Positions 1 to 12,904 of a stretch of DNA of 64,000 nucleotides are shown here, piece by piece (the stretch's first letter is position 1; each line of letters starts with the position of its first letter). Origin of the DNA: Vicugna vicugna (lineage: Eukaryota). A program made the translations under genes and the position numbers. The stretch covers positions 248,001 to 312,000 of the forward strand of contig MU057651.1 of NCBI GenBank assembly GCA_013265495.1. The letters are read 5' to 3'. Under the pieces are notes generated by a model, which was not told the DNA's origin, did no database searches, and worked only from the letters and a program-made list of their open reading frames with translations.

Positions 1-391
1 TCTTTCTCATCTTTGGAGCGAAGGTTCTGCATGTAATGAGACCTGGAAGAAGGAAGTGAGCAATGTGTGACATTAGCCACATGTAGCAAGACTGGATTAT
101 TGACAAATACACTGGCAAAGGAATTTCATTCTTCTGGAGTCAGCCATGGAGGCGGCTGCCTGGAAGAAGCAGCATGCTTCTGGGGCCTGTGTCAATAGCA
201 GCTCCCTTAAGCCAGTTCTGTAGTTAGGTTTAGGGAGTTGTTTCTAGAAATGTAGTACACATTTTGTTCCTTCAGGTCTCCCAATGATTCTCAGGATTAT
301 CTAATAACCTTTAATAAATTCAGCTGAGTTTAATTATTAAACTATCTAGAATGAAATCTTTGATCTATTTCTAAGAATCCTTACCTATACA
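1..391 (+). mobile_element. MaLR MLT1-type LTR (5' LTR, left end outside the window or eroded)
   Basis: AATAAA at ~313, then ...ctaagaatccttacctataca (MLT1-like LTR end), directly followed by gtaattgcgatcagaatggtgctgc, which resembles the MLT1-internal start. Confidence 0.65.
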
Positions 392-1925
392 GTAATTGCG
401 ATCAGAATGGTGCTGCAAGCGACAGTATCTAAAATGTGTTATTGGCTGAATGGAGACAATGGAGAAATAAATATTAAAGATGCAACTGTATCAGTCTGGA
501 AAGCTTGTGACTATGGTCAAATTTGCCTGCTTTTCCTCAGGGTATAAACCAAGTGTCAACCAAGGCTGTAGGATTAAGAAAAGTGGTAGGAAATTTCAGA
601 AGTTGCCTTCTTGTAGTTTTTACAAAAGTTCCATAAGAAAGTGATGAACTCATGCTGAGAAATGGAAAGAAAAATAAAGGTACTAAGAGGGGTGCTTTTA
701 GCCTTTGGCCTGCAATTTAAGTTTACTGAAATTCCTGTAATTTGAAGCCTTGCAGGGTTGAAGAAGCTAAAGCCTTCTATACGCCAGAGGAAGCCATCAA
801 CAGTGGTGAGAACAAAGCTGTAGCCTTAGCAGTAAATAAGATTGATTCTCTGCTAGACACATTCTCTGATCAAATTAATAGTGTTTTCTTCTCAACAGAG
901 CTTATTGTTTCACATGTCCTGAAGGTAGTGGTCATTAAGTTAAAGAGAAGAGGAAAACGGATGGAGTGCAAAGATAAGCAGCTAAAAGCCCCAAATTCTC
1001 AAGCTTAAAAAATTTGTCCAGACCAGTGGTCCTCCAAGTGTAGTCCACTGACTGGCTGTCAGTTCAGGAATTTTTGGTACTGGTCTGAGATGAGAAAAGG
1101 AACTTGAACCAGAATGTAAATTAACTTTGACACTAAGATCACTGTTTAATTCAGCTGACTTTTTTTATATGAAGACTCTCAGTGCAGGAAGCAGTGTGTT
1201 CATTTACATTTTGATGTAAGCACCTCACCTTGTCACAGTCTGGAACCTTGAGTAGAACTAGTTTAGGAAAGATCCTTGGCTGAGGTTATTCACATATGGA
1301 TAGATTAGAAATAAATTGCTAAAAATCTACTACATTTTGAGGGACTATATTGCCAACAATATCTAAAGCTGACTGGAGCAGTCTGTGACTGTTAAACCCC
1401 ACAACAATCCCCAGGATTCTGAACCTGTGCCAACAAGAAGCAAGCTGCCCAAAGCTATGTGGCTTTCAGAAAGGACATCCTTGACAAAACCCAGCTCAGA
1501 TGTAACCAGGAGGAAAATGTACAAGGAAGAACTATGAGAAAGCAGAATCAGTGAAAACAGAGGGCAATGGACAAGAGAAATCCTCCCAGACAATTTCAAA
1601 GATTTCAAAGGCCACCAGATGACCTAATCAAGGAATTTATTCTACTGCTGAGGCAAGCAAACTTCACTATTCCTGTTTAGGATTTCTTAATATTTGTGAG
1701 GATTTTGAGTTCTGCATTCTCTTTTTTCTGATGGGAATTTTTGCTTTGGTATCTTCTGCCACATTCAAACATGATGGAGAGGACTTCACATCACCCAGAA
1801 ATCCTGAGTTTGTTACTGAATCTAGGAATTAGATGAGATTACTACCTCTCTTGGAAGGAAGAAGGTGAGTGTGTTCCATAAGTGGGAAGAAGGATGTACT
1901 TAGATGTTCATTAAGTAGAGGAGTA
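392..1925 (+). mobile_element. MLT1 internal region (decayed MaLR provirus)
   Basis: Lies between two MLT1-like LTRs; purine-rich 3' end (ggaagaaggtgagtgtgtt...gtagaggagtaga) typical of MaLR-int; no intact ORF. Confidence 0.55.
1024..1260. mobile_element. MER5C-like hAT-Charlie MITE inserted in MLT1-int
   Basis: cagtggtcctccaagtgtagtcc...ttgagtagaacta termini; internal inverted pair ccagaatgtaaat / atttacattttg. Confidence 0.75.
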
Positions 1926-2287
1926 GATGGAAGGAGAGAATACAAATTCCTTACCCAATATCCATTTCCCGTTTTTTTTTAACTAACAAAGCCCCAACTT
2001 GGGGGAGCATTTCCCAACCTCCCTGGCAGATAGGCATGACTATATTTCACACTTCTGATCAAAGGTATGAAGGAGAAGCTGTGGGATACCGCTTCTGAGG
2101 ATGTTTCTTAAAGGGGTGGGAGAGCTGACAATACAGCCATGCACTAAGGATGGTGGTGAGCCATACCACCATCCTGGACTGCCCCTCTCTGGGCTTCTAC
2201 ATGGGAAAAATAAACCCCCAATTTGTTTGAGCCATTGTTTTCCACTTTCTGTAACTACCAGGCAAATGTAAATTTTTAACTGGTACA
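1926..2287 (+). mobile_element. MLT1 (H/I/J-like) LTR
   Basis: ttacccaatatccatttccc start motif; aataaacccc...ttgtttgagccattg...taactggtaca end. Confidence 0.7.
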
Positions 2288-3654
2288 CTAGAGGTGTAAG
2301 TAACTGTGTTCTCTATTTACTTAATGAATCTTAGTGATCTGTGTTCACTACTTACTTAGTGAAGTAGGTAGAGGTCCAGGTCTGTTGAAAATTTATTATT
2401 TGAATCAATTCAGTAAGACTTTTATTAGAATGCCTATTGTGTGCTTGGCATCAGTGTTCATTGAGAGTAATCTTACTGACTATACCACAGTTCTTACATT
2501 ATAATTTCTGTTTTTAGTACAGTTTTTAAGGTCTGCACTCTGGAGTTCATCTCCTTGCCTGCTCTTCCTGCTGGATTAAATCTTGGCAGATTTTATGTCT
2601 GCAGACTGAAAACTTGCCAGGTTGACAACCTGTATTCTGCATTTTTATACCTCAAAATCGAGCACTTTAAACCCCCAAGATAACACATTGCATTTAACTT
2701 GCATCATGTATAGTCCTACACTCACCTGAAAATATAATGTTTTTCATTATGAATGAGATTTATTTCATAAGTTGCCCACATTCATTTGCTGTCATGAATA
2801 TTAGTTAGCTGCCTACCTGGCATCCATTTCCCCTTTCTTTCCTTAGGGACTCACATTTCTCACCAGGTAACTGCCACTCTTCCATTCAGCTAATATATAC
2901 ATGCACAAATTCACATATACATGCACATATTTATGCTTTCCATTGTATATGAGCTAATGGCTGTGAAGTGATTTTTCTCTTCATACAACTAAAAGGCCCT
3001 TGCAAATAGTCAATAAAGAGGTTGCAAAGGGAGATATTTTGTGTGGAAAACAGATGAATAACAGACTGCTAGGAAACAGTACTGGTGGGTGATAGTATCC
3101 TCCCCCCGAATTGATAATTATCTGATGTTGACTCCTCAGAGACCAGAGCCATACAAAGGGCAGGTCCTGAGAGTGCTTGGCTGCACTTACCAGGACTGAT
3201 TGTAACAGGCAGTTAATGAGAAAGAATCCTGAGGCCTATCCAGAAAGGTCAGGTCCCCAGTAAGCATTCTGAGCAACCTGAAGTCAGGAGAGGGTCCAGG
3301 AGACAAAGTAGGCCAGATGCTAAAGAAGCAGTAATACCGAGGCACCAGAGAAGTGATAGGAACTAGAGTCAGTAAGAGGGTGCACATATCAAGGTGAGCA
3401 TCACGCAACAGAACTAGCTGGAATGGAGTGTGATATGTGGTGGATAGGATAGTTCAGGAACACATCTTGAAGTGGGAGTGTAGTTTCAAGCCCCTTTTAT
3501 GAATGTTTTGCTTTCTCCCACCAGCAGGGGTGAGTCTTAAAGGAAAAGATTACAACCAAATAGTATTTCATTGAAAATGAATATCATGGCACAATGGATT
3601 ACTTAACACTTTGTTTTTAACTTCATGACCTTATCATATAGGACTGTTTACTAC

Positions 3655-3908
3655 TTACCACTATGTGGGACCACCATGTGCCAGGCACTCCTAAGAGAAT
3701 GTAGCATCAATTATTTCATTTGAGTTTTAAAATAGCCTTATGAGATAGATACTGTAAATATTCCCAGTCTGAAAATGAGGAAACTAAGGTTCAGAGATGG
3801 TAAGTCATTTGCCCAAGATCTCCCAGCTAATAAATGGTCCTGCTAGACTGCAAGCCCAAATGTGTCAGATTCCAGAGAGTATGTGCTCATAAGTCCATGT
3901 TACACTGC
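3655..3908 (-). mobile_element. MIR SINE
   Basis: Core atgaggaaactaaggttcagaga...aagtcatttgcccaagatc. Confidence 0.85.
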
Positions 3909-4754
3909 CAGCCTGATATCTCCTATGCTGTTTTCAGAGATAGGCCATATGTTTTTCTTTATTAATCATTTACTTAGCATGTAGATGAAGGTGCCACTTC
4001 ATCCATTAACAGTGAGGGAGAAATACATCTAGAGTACAGAATGAAAAAGGTTCTTTCAGGAAAGCAAGAAATAGCTGAGCTTAGGCAAGGGCGGAAGTCC
4101 CTTCCATTCCACAGGATTCATAGCATCTGCAATTAATTGCATGCCACCGGGATGTTGTGTTTTAGTAGACCAAAGATACATTATTTTCTTGAAGAATTGT
4201 TTTCTTGCTGATGTAGTCTCTTGTAATGTCACCATGTTCAGGAGGCTCCATGGTATACAAACACTTGAAATTCTCTACACAGTTTCTGATCTGATGTAGG
4301 ATGCTCTGGGAATTTCTGTCTCTGAAGAAGCTTCAAACTACCTGTCACAAAGTTTAAATGACTTTCATTTCTATGTTTTGTAAGCTTCTCAAGATTTAAA
4401 AGTTAAAATGGTTTATTGCAACACCAACTAATGGTGGTTATTCCATAGACAATACCATTTAAGGTGCCTAATAGGTCAAAAATGAGGAGTAAGGTAAGTT
4501 CAGTTACACTTTAAGGCAGCTTAATGAGAAGTCAGTAGTGAAACCTTGTACTTCAGCCACCTGCCACTTGGCCAGCTGCAGTTGGGAACAAAAGGGGAAA
4601 TAAAATGGAATTGTAAAAAGACTTTTATCTTCCCCACTTCTGGATATACATAAAGTTACTGTTCGTTGACCTTAAAATACACATTTTTTGCCTAAGTACC
4701 TTTGTCATTCTCCTAATAGAAAATTGACTGCTGTTAATAATAATAATACTGAAA

Positions 4755-4950
4755 ATAATAGCAGCAAATCCTTATATACAACAAATGTCATTTTGCTTAA
4801 TCCTCACGCCTATTAATATCCCCATTTTACAGATGAAGAAACCGAGTGACAGACAGGTTAAGATTCTTAACCAGGGTCATATGGCTAATAACTGATGGAG
4901 CTGAAATTATGAACTCAGCAAACTGGTTCCAATGTATGTGCTCTTAACCA
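4755..4950 (-). mobile_element. MIR SINE
   Basis: cccattttacagatgaagaaaccgag core. Confidence 0.8.
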
Positions 4951-5149
4951 CACTTCTAAGAGGACAATTTGGTCAGAAGAAATCCATAATGAAGAAAAGC
5001 AAGAAGCACATTTGATAAAATAATGGTCTAAAGTCTGGAAAAGATTCAGACTGATAAAATGTAGTCAGATGTAGCTTATCACAAAGAGAGAGAGCAAGGT
5101 TACAGAATATTTGGAGGGAAAAAGAAACATTTTCAATTTTTGATTTCAT

Positions 5150-6550
5150 AACATATTACAAAGATATAGTAATCAAAACAGTATGGTACTGGCATAAGCA
5201 AAACATATTGACCAATGAAAGAGAATAGAGTGGTCAGAAATAAACCCTCATATATGACTCATATATGGTCAAATGAACTATGACAAAGGTACCAAGAATA
5301 AAAGGGTTAAAGAGTAGTCTCTTCAACAAACAGTGCTAGGAAAACTGGATATGCACATGCAAAAGATTGAAGTTGGATCCTTACCTTACACAATATACAA
5401 AAATTAATGCAAAATTAATTAAAGACCTAAATGTGAGACCTGAAACTATAAAACTCCTATAAGAAAACGCAGTGGAAAGCTTCATGACATTGGATTTGGC
5501 AATAATTTCTTGGATATGACAAAAAAAAATCACAGGGAACAAAAACAAAAATAGACAAATGGGACTTCGTCAAATTTAAAAACATTTGTGCAGTGAGGGA
5601 AATAATCAAGAGAGTGAAAAGGCAGTCTGTGAATGGGAGAAAATATTTGCAAACCATGTATCTGATAAGGGGTTAGTATCTAGAATATATAAAGAACACC
5701 TTCAAACAACAAACAAATAACTCAGTTTTTTAAATCAGCAAAGGATTTGAATTAACATTTCTCCAAAGAAGATATACAAATGAAAAGATGTACAACTTCA
5801 CTAATCATCAGGGAAATACAATTCAAAACCACAATGTGATATTATCTCATATCCATAAGGATGTCCATTATCAAAAAATAAATAAAACAAAATAACAAGT
5901 ATTGGTGAGATGGAGAAATTGAAACCCTTCAGCACTGTTGATGGGAATGTTAAATGGTGCAGCCACTATGGAAAACACTATGAAGGTTCTTGAACAAAAA
6001 AAAAAACCAATTACATATGATCCAGCAACTCCACTTCTGGTATATATCCCAAAGAATTGAAAACAAGATCTGAAAATGATACTAGTTGTACAGCCATGAT
6101 CATTGCAGTATTCACAATAGCCAAAAAATGGAATCAACCTAAATGTCCATCAGAGGATGAATAGATAAAGAAAATGCAGTATATGCATACAATGGAATAT
6201 TATTCAGCCTTAATGAAGAAAATCCTGTTACATATCACAACACAGATGAACTTTGAGGACATTATGCTAAGTGAAACAAACCAGTCACAAAAAGACAAAA
6301 ACTTCATGATTCCACTGTGATATAAGTATTTGATGTAGTCAAGTTCATAGAAACAGAAAATAGAATGGTGGTTTCCAGGGGCTGGGGAGGATGGTGAAGT
6401 GGGGAGTTGTTGTTTAACAGGCATAGAGTTTCAGTTTTGCAAGATTAAAAAGTTCTAGAGATCTATTGCACAACAATATGCGTATAGTTAATAATAATAC
6501 TCTTAAAAATGGTTAAGATGGTAAATATGTGTTTTTTTACCACAATAAGA
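5150..6550 (+). mobile_element. L1 (L1MA/MB-age) ORF2 3' end plus 3'UTR, 5'-truncated
   Basis: gtaatcaaaacagtatggtactggcataa...ctaagtgaaacaaaccagtcacaaaaagacaa...ttttaccacaataa. Confidence 0.9.
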
Positions 6551-6729
6551 AACATATGGATTGTCACTTACTTAGTTGACTTTATAACTGACTAGTAGAT
6601 CACAGTCTAATTTTGGAAAATCCTAGCTTGGATTAATTAAGATTGAACTTCTTTGATATGACTAACCTGGGGGTATGATATTTAACCAAAACCAGGGCCC
6701 TGTTAGCAAGCAAAAGGTAGGGGGGAGAT

Positions 6730-7100
6730 AGAATATTATTTGGCAATAAAAAGGAATGAAGCACTGATACATAGTACAACATGAAGGGACCTTGAAAACA
6801 TTATACTAAGTGTAAGAAGCCATGTTGTATTATTCTATATGAAATGTCCAGAACACGCAAATCTATAGAGACAAAAAGTGGATTCATGGTTGCCTGGGAC
6901 TCAGGTGAGGGGTTTAGGAAATGGGGAGTGACTGCTAATGGGTATAGGGTTTCTTTTTGGAAGGACAAATGTATTCTGAAATTAGATTGTGATGAGGATT
7001 TCATGGCCCTCTAAACATACCAAAAAACACTGAATTGTACATTTTAAATGGCTTAAGTGTATGGTATGGAGTTATATTCCAATTAAGCTATTTAAAAAGA
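6730..7100 (+). mobile_element. L1MB-like 3' end
   Basis: aaaaggaatgaagcactgatacat...gtgactgctaatgggtatagggtttc...caattaagctatttaaaaa. Confidence 0.85.
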
Positions 7101-7517
7101 GGAACAAAGTGGCAAATAGAGAGTTTATATTTAATGAAATAAAGACAGTAAGCACATGGAAAATGTATAAATACAAATGCAGACAACTTTCAAATACTCA
7201 TATATCTATGTAAACAATTTCAAATGGAGGAAATCAACATCAGAGTTACATGGAAATAGGAAGAATCTATTCCCTGGTGATATTGTAAATTCATTATATC
7301 AAGGCAATATGTGGCAAGAAGTAGTATACTTAGTTTTGAACTAGTAAAAGGAAAAGATAGGAAGAAAAGCTGATGAGTTAGCAAACAACAGTGTCTGCAC
7401 AGGAGATACTTTATTTAGAAATGTCCTTTGTTCTATATTTCCTTAGTTGTTCAGTTTGGTTTTAGAATGTAGTCCTTCCTAGCCCAACTATTTTTCTACC
7501 TGATTCAGAGAAGTCTG

Positions 7518-7805
7518 TTCTTTTTTTTTACTTTTTTTAAATTGAAGTATAGTCAGTTTACAATGTTGTGTTAATTGCTCATGTACAGCACAATGCTTCA
7601 GTCATACATGAACATACATATATTTGTTTTCATATTCCTTTTCACCATAAGCTACTACAAGACATGAAATATAGTTCCCTGTACTATACAGTATAAACTT
7701 GTTTATCTATTTTATATATACCAGTCAGTATCTGCAAATCTGGAACTCCCAATTTATCCCTTCTCACCCCCTTCCCTCTGGTAACCATAAATTTGTTTTC
7801 TATGT
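7518..7805 (-). mobile_element. Young camelid-type L1 3' end with ~18-bp TSD
   Basis: Poly-T then aattgaagtatagtcagtttacaatgttgtg; flanked by ctgattcagagaagtctg (7500-7517) and ctgattcggagatgtctg (7806-7823). Confidence 0.85.
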
Positions 7806-8009
7806 CTGATTCGGAGATGTCTGGATTCTCTTCCTTAAAGAATCTTTCTTACTCCTAAGCCGTGCTTGAACTGTCTCTTTAGTTAGCTCTTTGCTGATTT
7901 TGTCGTACTTATTTGTCTTCCCCCCATTAGATTATTAATTTCTTGAGTCAGAATGTTATTTCCAGGAGTGGCATTTTATTAGAAAATTAACCTGAGGAGG
8001 GGGAGGAGT

Positions 8010-8200
8010 CATCAAGATTTGACTACTGTCACTTAATCAGCTGTGTGACTTTATCTGCTCTGAAGCTTGGTTTCTTTATCTGTAAAATGGGAGTCAGTCT
8101 ATTTCAAGGTGTTGTTATAAGAATTAAATGATATAAAGTTATATGAAGTATCTAGCATGGAACTTCGTATATGGTAGGTTCTCAATAAACGTTAGTTTCT
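8010..8200 (+). mobile_element. MIR SINE
   Basis: gtttctttatctgtaaaatggg core; ctcaataaacgttag end. Confidence 0.8.
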
Positions 8201-8405
8201 TTCACCTGTCTTTCAGTGGTCCTCAGTTCTTTTGTCCCAGTTCAGGTGAAATGGTCTGTTTGCCCTAATTCTCTTCATTCTGTAAGCCCAAAGACACTAC
8301 TAACTTCAAAATTTACAGGGATCTTACCTGGCTTCTAGTTTTTACTTCCCACCTGGTCCTTACTATTTCTTTCATTTTATTCACTTTTATCCTATCCTTG
8401 TGTAT

Positions 8406-8942
8406 TGTTGGAGCCCAAGATAGGCCACCCCAAAATGTGCCTTAATAGCATATTGATTATTTTGAATTAAAGTTACTTAAGAAACAGCCAACTCAAGAGG
8501 GACAGTCTGACTCTCCTGTCTCCCTGAAAGCAGGAAATAAATCTTTCATATGAAAGGTGCACTCCCTGCATCTGGGGGTAGAAGGAAACCCCTATCACCA
8601 GAGATAGGGAATTGGGGGCCAAGAAGCCTATTTAAATAAACATTGTTACTTCTTTAATTTACTACCCCAAGCCCAAATTCTGTTTAGATTCTTCACTACT
8701 TGAGCATCCAAAACCAAAATTTCTTTGTCCTGTCAATTCCTCACAACTTTATTGTTTGTCTAAATAGTATAAAAGCTGCCTGCTTTGGCCACTTCTTAGC
8801 TTCCATTTCTATGAGACTTCCATGTGCATGAATTAAAATATGTTTCTTTTTATCTTGTTAATCTGCCTTGTGTTAATTTTATTATTAGTCCAGCCACAAG
8901 AGCTCAAGAGGAGTAGAGGGGGAAAGTTTCCCCTCCTAGACA
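8406..8942 (+). mobile_element. ERV1 solo LTR (MER34/MER39-related)
   Basis: TG...CA termini, gccaccccaaaatgtgcc start, TATAAAA and ATTAAA, flanks gtat/atat. Confidence 0.8.
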
Positions 8943-9176
8943 ATATGCAAAGATCTCTATTAATTGTGTAATTTTCTCCAAGTCTTAGTAGGTAGTGGAT
9001 ACGATGACAATTTTACACTAACAAACAATGACACTTACATAAAGCATTTCACGAAAGATTTCTTGACTACTATGGCAAAAGGGGGTTTCTTTATTATGAA
9101 TACAGTGGAAAAGAGCTATTAATCAGAAGTAACTGCTGAATATGAGAAAATAGTTATGGCTTTATAACTTATTTTT

Positions 9177-9305
9177 TTATTTATTTTTTGAAGGGGGAGA
9201 TTAGGTTTACTTATTTATTTAATTTTAGAGGAATAACTGGGGATTGAACCCAGGACCTTGTGCATGCTGAACATGCGCTCTACCACTTGAGCTATAACCT
9301 CCCCC
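9177..9305 (-). mobile_element. Camelid tRNA-Ala-derived SINE (Vic-1 type)
   Basis: Antisense A and B boxes (ggggattgaacccagg; taccacttgagctata); TSD tataacttattttt at 9163 and 9306. Confidence 0.9.
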
Positions 9306-9589
9306 TATAACTTATTTTTAAATAGATAGTTATCCATCATATGCCCTTCTTCTTAATCACTAACCCCAGACATCAATCTGTTATGCAAGTAAAAAATCAG
9401 GAAGCTACTGCAAAGCTCAGTGAAGCTTTTGAGTATCTTCTGTACAGATTAAATAACCTGATCTATCTTAATAATATTTAGATTAAATGCAATAAGTCAT
9501 TTTAAAAAGTGTGTGTTGAGGGAAGAGGGGAAAGGAACTTATATTGAAAGACAAAAATGTAGGTGTTTTTGGTTTATTCAGACCTTGGA

Positions 9590-10162
9590 GTTGATACCAC
9601 ATAATCAGTTATATCAGTGCCCTCCAGCCAAACCCCACTGGGAACGCACTTGTAATTGGTTTTACTGCTTGTTGCAGGGAGGGAGAATGCACATCATGGG
9701 GAGCCATGGGGCACCTCATTAGAAGAGTATAAAAGGACTTATTAGTATATAGGATTTGGGTTCATGTTAGGTAATTTAGGGGAGGGTTCAAGGAAGAGGT
9801 CTTTTCTCTGGATATAGATGCTGTCAGGAAGTAGGGGTTATTTCATGACTGGATATCTCAATAAATCTTATCCAGAAGAGAAGACTAGTCTGAGGGTAAA
9901 GCTGTAATTGGTATAGAAGCATCAGTCAGTAATATTAGGTAGAATAGGGGAATAGTTAATCATTTTTCTGGCTTGGACCATGTTCACATTTTGTCTGTGT
10001 TCAAACATAATTACACAGTAGCCTTTTTTCTTTTTTTGGACTCACACATTGTATTTACAGACTGGCCTTGTTTGATGTTCATGATCTTTAAGACTGTTTA
10101 GGTTCAACAGGAAAATACCAAGATCTAGTTGTGAATGCTTGGGTGTGCTTCTCTCTTTCTCA
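9590..10162 (-). mobile_element. Old ERV LTR (family not assigned)
   Basis: ttttactgcttgttgcagggagggagaatgcac...ttctctctttctca end; LTR-like composition. Confidence 0.6.
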
Positions 10163-10269
10163 GAAATATTATCTGCTCCTACCTTATTTCTCTGTTTTCT
10201 TGTTGAGTTCTTTCTGTAAAATCAAGCATTTTCTATGATTATTGTTATAAGAGGGAAGGGAAGAGAAAC

Positions 10270-10500
10270 TATCATTTATTGAGTACATATCTGAGGCACT
10301 GTTGTATCTATAGTGATACATAATATCATTTAAAAATAATAATAACCCTGAGGCAAATAGCATCTACATTTTACAGAGGAAGAAACTGGGACTCAGAGAG
10401 AATACATAACTTGTTCAAAGTCACATAGCTGGTAAATAGAGGCTGATTCTGAATCCAGATCTGTCTCCAAAGCCTTGTGTACTTTCTGCTCTAACATGTT
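10270..10500 (-). mobile_element. MIR SINE
   Basis: cattttacagaggaagaaactgggactcagagag core. Confidence 0.85.
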
Positions 10501-10690
10501 GTCTTGCAGTAGATTTAGGAATGCAACCTATTTATGTCTGTATTATTTATTTAAGGAAATATATTCAGAATTGAAACTTGGAGAAAGAATAATTCCTTGA
10601 ATTCACAGTTTTAGTGAATTCTTAGATTAGATTATATATTAGATAGCAGAACCTATATAGGAAGTATATGATGATATAGTCCCATTCTAC

Positions 10691-11853
10691 TATTACCAAA
10701 CTCAGGTTTGACTGCTCACCACTCAAAAGCCAATAATCGAGAGGCAAGTGTCTGTAGAAAGGAAAGTTGCTTTAATCAGGGAAGCCGGCAATCTGGGGAG
10801 AAGTTCAACTCATCTACTGAGACTAACTCTGAAGATTCTACTCAGCCATGACAATGTTTGAAGGGAAAAAGTGGAAACAATCTCAGTTAATCATTAAGGT
10901 AGGAGGTCAGACTCTTCGTCATTTTTCCATTGTGTGCAGACCTGCTGACTTCTTCTGATCTTCCTTTGGATGCTATCTTGCCCACGTGGCCTGCCTGCAT
11001 ATTTGCTAAAGGGGAAGCTGGGAGTAGAGAGCGAGTCATTCTTTACTTAATTCTTCATTCTTACTCCTTTTCTTCCTCCTTACTTCTCCATTCTTACTCC
11101 TTACTTCATTCTTACTCCTTACTCAAGGAAAGGAATCAATAGGTTAGGTAAGGCATTGTGTACATTGAGTAGAGCAGAAGTCAGGAGTTAGGCTAAATGT
11201 TACCTGTGGATCTCACTTTTGTAGTTAAGGTTTAAGGGGAACAGAAATAGACAAACAGAAAATGGCCAAAGGAGCTGCTTACAAATCCCCACTCATTGGA
11301 CATCATTCTATTTCTATAGGATTAGAGACGTAGATCTGTCTTCTATAACTTCTTCACGCTGATAAAGGGCACCGTATATTTAGAGTAGAAGATGTTGACA
11401 TGAGTCAAGTAGCATCTCTTTGCTGACAACTTTAGTTACCTACTTACATATACAGTTAATAAGCTACAATTTTTTTGATGTCCACAAAGGTATAGATTAT
11501 TAAGAGCAATAGTATTAATGCCATTCTGTTAAGGTCAGTTCTTGGAATGGTGTTAACCACAGATTCAGTACTGCTCAAGATGGAGCACGTTATGTTATGG
11601 CTGCAGTTTGGTCATCATGCAGTTAGCTTTGTCCATCTGGTGGCAGTTATAGTATCTGTAAAACAACTCAGGAATGTGCATCAGACACTGAAAGATTCTG
11701 TGACTCTATTGTCCTTATCATTAACTGCTAGAGATTGCTCTTTTGTGACTCAAAGAGGCCTGGGAGATTTCAGCTTTTCTACAAACAAGAAGCAGGGGAC
11801 GTGGAGAAGGCCTTTGTACTTGAAGGGGAGGCTGCAGGGTTCTGCTTGGTTCC
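10691..11853 (-). mobile_element. ERV1 remnant: LTR (10691-11283), short internal stub (~11284-11520), piece of a second LTR (~11525-11853)
   Basis: LTR ends ...gctgcttaca, followed by aatcccc (reverse complement of a polypurine-tract end ggggatt); the second piece ends gggttctgcttggttcca like the LTRs ending at 35416 and 37061. Confidence 0.65.
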
Positions 11854-12313
11854 ACACCAGACATTGTAAATACCCAGGAGGAGCCAAACAGGAAAGAACT
11901 AAAGTGTTGGGGGCCACATGTGTGGATTCTCTGCCCTAGAAGAAATTTAGGAACTGGTCATTTAGAGAAAAGTGTTTCCTAAAAGTGAGCTTCTAGGTAT
12001 AAGGATCAATTCCATTTTAGTACCTATAGCTTCTGCCACTTGGTGAAGCCATGAGGGCTCAGCCTTGGCCATCTCTAAGAGCCATCTGACTGTCAGGCAG
12101 AGGGAAATGTTAAGGACCCTGGATTCGCAGCTTAGTCATCACTCAACAAAAGTCCGCCTTCCTACCACTCCCTTTCTAACCTAATATTCTAGTCTAATAA
12201 ATGAACTCTTACTGGCTTCTTATGAATAGGTTTCTACTTTATAACCCACTCCAGTAACTAAATCCTTCTCAGGAGGAGTCCTCACATTACTTTTCTTTTC
12301 CATGACACTGAGA

Positions 12314-12784
12314 TGTGGACAAAGAACGCCATTTCAGTAAGCAAAGGATAGTGCAGTCATAAAGCCATTAGCCACTGCAGTCCCCGACAGTGCACCCTGA
12401 GGAAAATACAGGATGGAGAAAAACAGGTTACTGGCCCCAAATAGTTAAGGTCCCATTTGCTTACTATTGCTTTTATTTCAGTTGCCTCAGTAGACTGCCC
12501 TAGGTGGACATTGCTAAGATTTATGTCAGAGAATGTTTTGCCTATGTTTTCTTCTAGGAGGTTTATAGTGTCTTGTCTTGTGTTTTCTTTTGATGCTTGA
12601 CTGCATGTTTCATTTGGGGGTTTTTTGAGGAAAAACTCCTACATGTTCTGGCTCCTCCCTTATCTCTTTGGAACAGTCCCTCAGAGATATCTGAGAGACT
12701 GTTTCTCAGGCTTAAGTCCTCAGTAAGTCCACCAAATAAAATACAATTCTCAACTTTTAGGTTGTACTTTTTTTTTGATTGACT
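12314..12784 (+). mobile_element. ERV1 solo LTR interrupted by an L1 fragment
   Basis: tgtggacaaagaacgcc start; cagtccctcagagatatctgagagactg...aataaaatacaattctcaacttttaggttg end. Confidence 0.75.
12448..12585 (-). mobile_element. Internal L1 ORF2 fragment, no tail and no TSD
   Basis: Reverse complement matches the L1 segment at ~13226-13363 (gaagaaaacataggcaaaacatt; ctagggcagtctac). Confidence 0.85.
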
Positions 12785-12904
12785 GGTGAAGAAAGAAAGT
12801 TTCAACAGTTGTATTCCGCTGTTCATAGTTAGTTAAATTGCTTTAAGGCTTTACATCTAAGTGATTGACCACCCCCTTTATGGACTTCTATAAATGTTCA
12901 AACC

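Noticed and set aside
742..1008. 88-aa ORF
   Set aside because: Non-ATG start within decayed MLT1 internal sequence
9230..9305. tRNA-like sequences here and at ~23880, ~51960, ~56450 and ~59500
   Set aside because: SINE heads with AT-rich tails and TSDs, not tRNA genes
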